This document shows positions 17,217 through 23,363 of a stretch of 32,000 nucleotides of DNA, piece after piece. The position numbers and the translations under genes were made by a program. A model generated the notes under the pieces. It was not told the DNA's origin. It saw only the letters and a list, made by a program, of their open reading frames with translations, and searched no databases. Each line of letters starts with the position of its first letter. Position 1 is the stretch's first letter. The DNA comes from Kiritimatiella glycovorans. GTDB lineage: Bacteria; Verrucomicrobiota; Kiritimatiellia; Kiritimatiellales; Kiritimatiellaceae. The stretch is taken from assembly GCF_001017655.1 (NCBI RefSeq), contig NZ_CP010904.1, forward strand, positions 2,580,001 to 2,612,000, in the 5' to 3' direction.

Positions 17217-17615
17217 ATGCGACACCACCGCGCCACCGAGTGGGAACAGCGGCTCGAGGACGTCTTCGACGAGATCGACGCCGAGCTGGAAGAGACGTAC
17301 GGAGACCGCTACCGGCGCTATGCCGGCCGGCCCGGCGCGGGCGAGACCTCGGACCCCTCCGCCGACGGACTGTTCAACATCGGCGCGCAGTTCTCGCCGG
17401 GCTACAGCTCAGGCCGCGGCCCCGGGTACGTGGTCGAGATCCGCACCGCCACACGGGAAGACGTCACGGACGAGTTCCGTGAGAAGCTCTTCGATGAAGT
17501 CCGCGAGCGGCTCGAAAAGAAGCTTCCGCAGAGCTTCCCCGGAAAGACCCTGAGCGTCGAACGCTACGGATCGCGCCTGCATATCTCCGGCGACCTGAGT
17601 CTCGGGGAAGCTTAA
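17217..17615 (+). CDS. Hypothetical 132-aa acidic/basic protein, closely coupled to aceF
   Basis: ATG 17217 lies 1 nt after the aceF stop (TGAaATG). The track ORF from 17175 overlaps aceF. MRHHRATEWEQRLEDVFDEIDAELEETYGDRY... has no recognisable family. Confidence 0.6.
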   Translation: MRHHRATEWEQRLEDVFDEIDAELEETYGDRYRRYAGRPGAGETSDPSADGLFNIGAQFSPGYSSGRGPGYVVEIRTATREDVTDEFREKLFDEVRERLEKKLPQSFPGKTLSVERYGSRLHISGDLSLGEA

Positions 17616-17649
17616 TGACGATTATTCGTGGATTTATCTTGCCACACCG

Positions 17650-17793
17650 CAGCGATTCTCATTATGGCTTCACCCTTTTCGGTCGGGGTGGCACCCGACC
17701 CTCCCAGTGCCCGAAAATGCGTCGGATATCGACTCGGGAGGGACGGCTGCCACGCCGTCCGCGGTCGGAATGCGGCCATAATGAGAACTGCTG
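17650..17793 (+). mobile_element. 144-bp MITE, copy 1
   Basis: Terminal inverted repeats CAGCGATTCTCATTATGGC / GCCATAATGAGAACTGCTG (13 bp perfect, 19 bp with 2 mismatches). Flanked by the 9-bp direct duplication GCCACACCG (17641-17649 and 17794-17802). By my alignment identical to the copies at 29719 and 30294. Confidence 0.85.
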
Positions 17794-20457
17794 GCCACAC
17801 CGCCCCTGATTAATAATCTGGTTTAGTAAACCAGTAGGGTGCAGACATGTCTTTCTATAAATCCCGACCTCCCTGATGAAGATCGCAGCCTTCTCGTCTT
17901 CGCAGACAAAGCGAAAGCGAACCCGAGCATCAGTCGAGAATGTTTCAGGATTGTGTTCGACCCGAATATATCCGTAGTCGGTCGAGCGATTGTTGAAATC
18001 TCCCCTGCCAGGTCCGTGTCCTCGCTCGAATTTCCGCAGATTCACCCAGTCCCCATCCGACCAAAGATCGACGAAGAGTGTTCCGCCTGATGCCACTCCC
18101 TCTGGCAGGTAGCGAAATGCAATCTTCATTTCCTCGCTGGAGGAAAGGTCTATCGGTTCCCGAAGTACCAATTCGGAACCTGGCTTCATTTTGACCGCCT
18201 CTTTCTCAAGATCGAGGGAGCAGTGATTGCCTTCACAAGCAAACCCTTCGAGGTTTTCGGTGAATGTCGCGCGGCGTATTTCATCGAATTGGTTTGGAAT
18301 GTAGATATCGTTGAGAAACCGGATGACGGCGCCGGCCACTCCTTCGGGATCATCTTCAGGTGAATAGTGACCCGTCTTGAATTGCGGTTGCTCCAGACCA
18401 AATGCGCCTGGGATGCTTGAAATGTATTCGTCTCGCCGATTCCGCTCATCGGGCATGTCCATGCTCTCCCAGATGACCAGATAGGGCCTGTCATAGGAGG
18501 AAGTCAGGAAATCCCAGGCTTTCTGATTGGCCTTCGCTTCCGGCCAGGTGGCATCTTCAGGGACCATTTCAGGAAATGCGCGAATCGAAGCCTGATAGTC
18601 CCCCGTTGGATAAGGAGCGTCGTAGCCTCCTTTCTCGGCGTTCGTGCCGGGAGGCAAGCCCATGTTCTGCCGGGCGTCATTACGGAAGACCACCGCGCCG
18701 ATAGGAACCTTAGGAACCGAACGGACAAAACTTCGCCAGCGATCATGGCGCTTTGCGATTCCCCATCGCCCTCGGTTCAGTCCCGCATTCCCATTGATGA
18801 ATCCATCAAAACGATCCGGGTAATGCTCCGCCATCAGGCGCGCGCCCAGCGGATGGCCGTAGTCGTGACCGAACAGAACGACTTCTTTGAGAGCGAGTTC
18901 AGGGTCTTCGTCCAGTTGCTTGAACGCCTGCCGGATCCACTCAAGGTGGCGATCATACGTGTAGTCGGACTCTGTTGCCGGTTTGTCGGATTTCCCGTGG
19001 CCGACATAATCAATCATAATCGTCCGATAACCCGCTTCGTTGATCAGCGGTACAACCTTGCGAAAGAGATACGACCATGACGGGTTTCCGTGGAGCATCA
19101 GCAAGGTGGGCCGATTGGCCGGGCCGGAGACCGCGTAATGCATGCGGATTCGGCGGTTGCCGTCTGGCAGATTCGGATCATCCACATAGAGATAATGCGG
19201 CTCAAATGGATAACCGCACAGCTTGGCGAAGTGTTCATCCGGAGTGCGCAGCAGTTCCATTGCGCCGTTCTCGGGGGCCTTCTGCTTGCTCTGTGGACTG
19301 TCGGCCTTGCGTGCATGCTTCTGGAAAAAATCCCACATGAGGTCATTGGCGGAGATATCTGTGGTGGATTCACCAAGCATGGCAACGGGCGGTTCCATAC
19401 CGGGCCAGGTGTGGCCGCCGCCGTCAATTTCATACAACACCACCTCTGAACCGTTCTTCCCTTCGCCCCAAACCTTGCGGATCACCCGCATGCCGTCATC
19501 TGCCGTGTCGGGCATTGGGGTAACGGTTGGTTCTTTTGCGCAGCCGTTGGCTTCAACCCAGCAGTTGATCGAATGCTCCACCGAAAAAAACTCCGGTCGC
19601 ATGGATGCCGGAACATTTGAAGTGCCTTTTCCCCGCCCGCCGTTAAACGGAGCCAGTTCGTCCGCCGTCCCGTGGAAGTGGATGACCGACACTGGCCGGG
19701 AGGGGGTGCACGTCTCGGTCCCCATCGGCCCGCCGACCGGAGCGATCGCGGCGAACCGGTCGGCCAGTTCGGACGCTACCCGGTACGCCATCATCCCACC
19801 GTTGGAGATGCCGGTTGCGAAGACCCGTTCCTTGTCCACATTCACGACTGCTTCCAGGTCGCCGAGCAAAGCCTTTGTGAACCCCACGTCGTCGATCTTC
19901 TTCCGCTTGGCATACCCACCGACGTTGCCGGCGTTGAACGTCAGATTCTTGTCTTTGTCGGTCCCACTGCCGAACGGGTAGACGACAACGAATCCGGCTT
20001 CGTCTGCTTTTTCGTTCAGCCCGCTCAGCCGGATCATACTCTGCGGATTGCCGCCGCCGCCGTGAAATGCGACTACAACTGGCGTTTTTCGATCCGCCGT
20101 GTAATTCGGAGGAACGTGGACTTGGTAGCGGCGTTCTTGTCCTTCTACGTCAATGGTCCGGATGCGATCGCCCGCTCCGAAGGTGCCCCCGGCTTCCCCG
20201 GGCTGCGTTTGACCACGCATGGATCGCGCGATCGCACCGGCGAATTCCCGGAAGCTGAGCAAACCGTCGTTGTCTTGGTCAGCCCCCTCCAGACGCGATT
20301 CTAACCGTGGAACGGTTTTGAGTTCAGTCGCCGATAGCTGACCGTCTTTGTTGGCGTCCAGCCGCTCAAACCCTTGCCGCAGGCGGGAGCCGTCCTGAGC
20401 GGCCGCACAACAGACCAAGAAATACAGCAAGCATAAAAGGACGGATGTCTGTCTCAT
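17662..20457 (-). CDS. Secreted multidomain protein A: EF-hand pair + PHB-depolymerase/CE1-like esterase + haloalkane-dehalogenase-like alpha/beta hydrolase + C-terminal beta-rich domain
   Basis: Signal peptide MRQTSVLLCLLYFLVCCAAAQ. Canonical EF loops DANKDGQLSATE and DQDNDGLLSFRE. Esterase motifs VVAFHGGGGN and GISNGG (G-x-S-x-G). Second hydrolase with RTPDEHF..YPFEPHY, LHGNPSWSYLFRK, GHGKSDKP, GHDYG and GHYSPEDDPEG. SD AGGAGGA before ATG 20457. The last ~45-60 codons run through AT-rich intergenic-looking sequence and into MITE copy 1, which supplies the stop. Confidence 0.85.
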   Translation of the reverse strand: MRQTSVLLCLLYFLVCCAAAQDGSRLRQGFERLDANKDGQLSATELKTVPRLESRLEGADQDNDGLLSFREFAGAIARSMRGQTQPGEAGGTFGAGDRIRTIDVEGQERRYQVHVPPNYTADRKTPVVVAFHGGGGNPQSMIRLSGLNEKADEAGFVVVYPFGSGTDKDKNLTFNAGNVGGYAKRKKIDDVGFTKALLGDLEAVVNVDKERVFATGISNGGMMAYRVASELADRFAAIAPVGGPMGTETCTPSRPVSVIHFHGTADELAPFNGGRGKGTSNVPASMRPEFFSVEHSINCWVEANGCAKEPTVTPMPDTADDGMRVIRKVWGEGKNGSEVVLYEIDGGGHTWPGMEPPVAMLGESTTDISANDLMWDFFQKHARKADSPQSKQKAPENGAMELLRTPDEHFAKLCGYPFEPHYLYVDDPNLPDGNRRIRMHYAVSGPANRPTLLMLHGNPSWSYLFRKVVPLINEAGYRTIMIDYVGHGKSDKPATESDYTYDRHLEWIRQAFKQLDEDPELALKEVVLFGHDYGHPLGARLMAEHYPDRFDGFINGNAGLNRGRWGIAKRHDRWRSFVRSVPKVPIGAVVFRNDARQNMGLPPGTNAEKGGYDAPYPTGDYQASIRAFPEMVPEDATWPEAKANQKAWDFLTSSYDRPYLVIWESMDMPDERNRRDEYISSIPGAFGLEQPQFKTGHYSPEDDPEGVAGAVIRFLNDIYIPNQFDEIRRATFTENLEGFACEGNHCSLDLEKEAVKMKPGSELVLREPIDLSSSEEMKIAFRYLPEGVASGGTLFVDLWSDGDWVNLRKFERGHGPGRGDFNNRSTDYGYIRVEHNPETFSTDARVRFRFVCEDEKAAIFIREVGIYRKTCLHPTGLLNQIINQGRCGQQFSLWPHSDRGRRGSRPSRVDIRRIFGHWEGRVPPRPKRVKP

Positions 20458-20488
20458 GTAAGATTCCTCCTGTCTATCGCCAGAACGA
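19313..20488 (-). repeat. 1.18-kb duplicated 5' module (RBS + signal peptide + EF pair + esterase), copy in gene A
   Basis: Aligns with 26397-27571, including long identical runs (e.g. gcatgcttctggaaaaaatcccacatgaggtcattggcggagatatctgtggtgga). The encoded residues 1-382 are collinear, with about 25 differences by eye. Confidence 0.9.
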
Positions 20489-20547
20489 CAACAATCACCT
20501 CTTGGGGTGCCTACACGACAACAAGGTGAATGATTTTGTTCAGTTTC

Positions 20548-23202
20548 CTATTTCATGATGCCTTTGAATATCCAGGCGGTGTTGTGGTTCTTGCGATCGT
20601 TGGCCGCGCCGTCGTAGCCGCCGGTGTAGAATTCGCGGGTATTCCAGGGCGCGAACTCGAGGGTGCGGGTGGAGACAAGCAGCGGATGCGGATCAAGGTT
20701 CGGATCGAACACGCGGACCGTGTCGTAGGTGGCGTCGGCGTGCCGAATCAGCAGCCAGGCGGCGCGGGTGTCGTTGGGCTTGATTCCCGCCACGGTGACC
20801 CAGTGGATCGGTTGGCCGGTAACCGGATGCCGGCCGGGAACGAGGCGGTTGTAGGCGACCAGCCTGCCGCCGCGGAAGTTGCCGAGCTGCTCTTTGAGGA
20901 ATTGCTGGGAGTTGAGTTCATCGGTGACCTTGTGCCCATCTTCAGGGTCGATGCGGAGGATGCGGCCTTCCTGTTCTCTGGAGCCGAGTATGACCTCGTG
21001 GGTGCCGTCGGGCGCGGCTACGGCTGTTATTCCGCGCAAGCCAGCGCCGGGCCGCTGTTCCGGTTTCCAGCGAAAGACCGCCGTCCACCTCGGCTCGGGG
21101 CCGTCGCGACGTACCAACAATCGCGGCGACACGGAGGCGTAGAGCCGGCCGTTGGCCACGGCAAAACCCTGGCAGCGCTTAAACGGGCTGTCATCAAAAT
21201 CGGGGTTCGCATACTCCGGCGTCGATTCCCACCGGATGCGCCCGGGCACGGTAGCGTCGTAGCTGCCGCGGTAGACCTCGCCGGCGCCGGTGCCCGCAAA
21301 CAGGTATTCGACGCCGGTCTTCGCGTCCCGGTGAAAGCCGAAGGCGCGGATGTAGGCCCGGTTCGCATTCGTCACGATCCGGCTTTCGTCCCACCCGCCC
21401 GATCCGTCGTTTCTGACGAAACACACGAGCGCGCCCGACCCCCGGGAACGAATCAGCCCGGCGTCGGCAACGAGCAGGGTAACGGGCGATCCCAGTTTCT
21501 CGCCACGGTGATCGACCGAGAAGGTCACCGAGTCCATCGCGTTGATTCGAAGAGCCCCCGAGAAATTGTGTTCCAGGCGCCACAATTGGTCGGGCCCATC
21601 CTTGCGGAGGATCTGCGCGCCGGGCCGTGGGTCGCTGCCGGGTTGATCGGTCCAGTAGCCGAGACCGGCGAACAATTTTCCTTCGTGCGCAACCAGATGC
21701 ATGGTCTCGGTGCCGCCCAGGAAATGCCCCTCGGGATCGCGCGTTCCCGCAAGATAACTATGTTCGAAGGTCACGCTATTTTGGCTCCCCGCGCCCTCAC
21801 GATCGGGCGGTTCCGCAGCGTAGGCGGTGATCCGGGCGGGAAATCGCGAAGCATCGTCGCCAGCGTGCAGCCGCATGATCAGCGCTGTCATCGGATCGTC
21901 CACCGTGCCAATGAAGGCATTGATCTGACCGTGATCAAGCGGAGCGACATCGATGGCTTGCGCCGGCGTGCAAGCCTCCCGGAGCGCGCGTGCGAAGTCC
22001 GGCGCGAAGCGGTTCAGGAGCATCCGCGTGCCGCCGTAGAAGATCAGGGTGGGCGGAATCTGCTTGTCAGGCTTTACGTGCAATCGGGGCGAGGCGTCGC
22101 GCCAGTTGGCCGGTTTGTCCGTGAAAGCGTTGTGATAGAGTGCCGTCATGCCTTTGCCGTCTTGCGCCTCGAGGTAGCCCGCGATGTCCAGTGCGGCGGT
22201 GTCCAGCAACACGTTGCTCTTGAGGATCGCCAGAGATTTGCCTTCGGCCTTGAGGAAGCGATCGTTCGTGCCGATCAGGCCGGCCAGGTGCGCTCCGGCA
22301 GAGTGCCCCATCAAATGTATGCCAGCCGGATCACCCCCATAGTCATCGATGTGATCGTGAATCCAGGCTATCGCCTTGGCGCAGTCCTGCGCGTGAACCG
22401 GATGCTGCACGCCCGCGTCGTTCGGCCCTTGCGGCGACAAGCGATAATTGATCGAGGCGTAGATATAGCCGTTACTGACGAAATGGTGCATCTTGCCGCC
22501 GACGATGGCTCGATTGGCCTTGTCGCCTCCCCGCCAGCCGCCACCATGAATCATGACAAGAACTGGGCGCCCCGTTTGCGTCGTTTTGCCTTCCGGCACG
22601 TAGAGGTCCAAGCTCAGCAGGTTCGGGTCGACGCCCTCGATCTCGTCGTAGCGGAGATCGAGATGGGCGGTGTGCGGGGGTTCCGGCGGCATCGCAGGCG
22701 CATTTCGTTCCGTTTCCGTCCTGCGATTCCGCGGCCCCGCGTTGTTGCCCGGCAGTTCGTTCTGCTCGATAACCCCGTCGCCATTGCGATCGAGCCTGTC
22801 GAACCAATCTGGGCCACCGGCTTCGGCCTGGGTGACCTTGCCGTCGTTGTCAGCATCGAGTCGTTGGAACAGGCGTTCTTGACGGGTCACCTCAGACTCC
22901 GTCTCTGGCAATGCACCGTTCATGGCCGCGGGCGCCGGCCGGTTCTGGCGACGTTCCTCCCGTCGCCAGCTGCGGGCTTCATCCGGGGTGATTGTGCCGT
23001 CGCCGTTTGCGTCGGCATCGGCTCCCGCCAAGCGTTCGGCAACCGGGGCAAAGCGGGGCGCCTCCTCGTGCGACAAACTGCCGTTGCGGTCGGAGTCGAG
23101 ACGTTTGAAGGCGCGGTCGAGACGATCACCGGCGGCTTGGGCATAGACCGGGCCAGGCTGCAGCATCGCCGCGAAACAGACGAGTGCTAGGACAGACTTC
23201 AT
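20548..23202 (-). CDS. Secreted multidomain protein B: four EF-hand loops + HGGG-type carboxylesterase/lipase-like alpha/beta hydrolase + uncharacterised ~410-aa C-terminal module
   Basis: Signal peptide ...QPGPVYAQA. EF loops DSDRNGSLSHEE, DADANGDGTITPDE, DADNDGKVTQAE and DRNGDGVIEQNE. Hydrolase motifs VLVMIHGGGW and LMGHSAGAHL (G-x-S-x-G). The C-terminal module is homologous to that of protein C. Confidence 0.9.
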   Translation of the reverse strand: MKSVLALVCFAAMLQPGPVYAQAAGDRLDRAFKRLDSDRNGSLSHEEAPRFAPVAERLAGADADANGDGTITPDEARSWRREERRQNRPAPAAMNGALPETESEVTRQERLFQRLDADNDGKVTQAEAGGPDWFDRLDRNGDGVIEQNELPGNNAGPRNRRTETERNAPAMPPEPPHTAHLDLRYDEIEGVDPNLLSLDLYVPEGKTTQTGRPVLVMIHGGGWRGGDKANRAIVGGKMHHFVSNGYIYASINYRLSPQGPNDAGVQHPVHAQDCAKAIAWIHDHIDDYGGDPAGIHLMGHSAGAHLAGLIGTNDRFLKAEGKSLAILKSNVLLDTAALDIAGYLEAQDGKGMTALYHNAFTDKPANWRDASPRLHVKPDKQIPPTLIFYGGTRMLLNRFAPDFARALREACTPAQAIDVAPLDHGQINAFIGTVDDPMTALIMRLHAGDDASRFPARITAYAAEPPDREGAGSQNSVTFEHSYLAGTRDPEGHFLGGTETMHLVAHEGKLFAGLGYWTDQPGSDPRPGAQILRKDGPDQLWRLEHNFSGALRINAMDSVTFSVDHRGEKLGSPVTLLVADAGLIRSRGSGALVCFVRNDGSGGWDESRIVTNANRAYIRAFGFHRDAKTGVEYLFAGTGAGEVYRGSYDATVPGRIRWESTPEYANPDFDDSPFKRCQGFAVANGRLYASVSPRLLVRRDGPEPRWTAVFRWKPEQRPGAGLRGITAVAAPDGTHEVILGSREQEGRILRIDPEDGHKVTDELNSQQFLKEQLGNFRGGRLVAYNRLVPGRHPVTGQPIHWVTVAGIKPNDTRAAWLLIRHADATYDTVRVFDPNLDPHPLLVSTRTLEFAPWNTREFYTGGYDGAANDRKNHNTAWIFKGIMK
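22822..22904 (-). repeat. 83-bp EF-hand cassette shared with gene C
   Basis: 78/83 identical to 26159-26241 while the flanks are unrelated. Encodes ...RLFQRLDADNDGKVTQAE. Confidence 0.85.
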
Positions 23203-23363
23203 AGCGTCTCCAGGGAAGGCATTGGGGGAACGGAAGCAAGTATGATGGTCAAGCCGATGGTGATGATTACTTTCATGGTGACGAGCCCCTTCATACAGGG
23301 CGACCCTGCCGCCACGGCGGAGATTTCATTGCCCATGATTTGAGCCGCCCGGAGCGCCTTCAT
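23199..23363 (-). CDS. Candidate 54-aa small membrane protein bridging genes C and B (not in the ORF track)
   Basis: My translation: MKALRAAQIMGNEISAVAAGSPCMKGLVTMKVIITIGLTIILASVPPMPSLETL*. The ATG (23363-23361) overlaps the stop of C as ATGA, and its TGA (23201-23199) overlaps the ATG of B as ATGA. Third-codon positions are mostly G/C. The hydrophobic stretch VIITIGLTIILASV could span a membrane. An internal ATG (MKVIIT...) follows GAAGGGG. Confidence 0.35.
   Translation of the reverse strand: MKALRAAQIMGNEISAVAAGSPCMKGLVTMKVIITIGLTIILASVPPMPSLETL

Noticed and set aside
17612-17813. Small ORFs (17612-17800, 17615-17809, 17628-17813; likewise 29489-29938, 29731-30120, 30074-30700, 30201-30425, 30229-30477)
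   Set aside because: Their shared peptide segments (e.g. AVLIMAAFRPRTAWQPSLPSRYPTHFRALGG, DSHYGFTLFGRGGTRPSQCPKMRR) are translations of the stop-poor 144-bp MITE in different frames, not independent genes.
20530-23190. 886-aa plus-strand ORF, and similar ORFs (24428-24919, 25247-25978, 26081-26533, 26756-27388, 19223-20304), antisense to genes A, B and C
   Set aside because: No motifs, antisense to genes with strong domain evidence, and duplicated only because the sense genes are duplicated.
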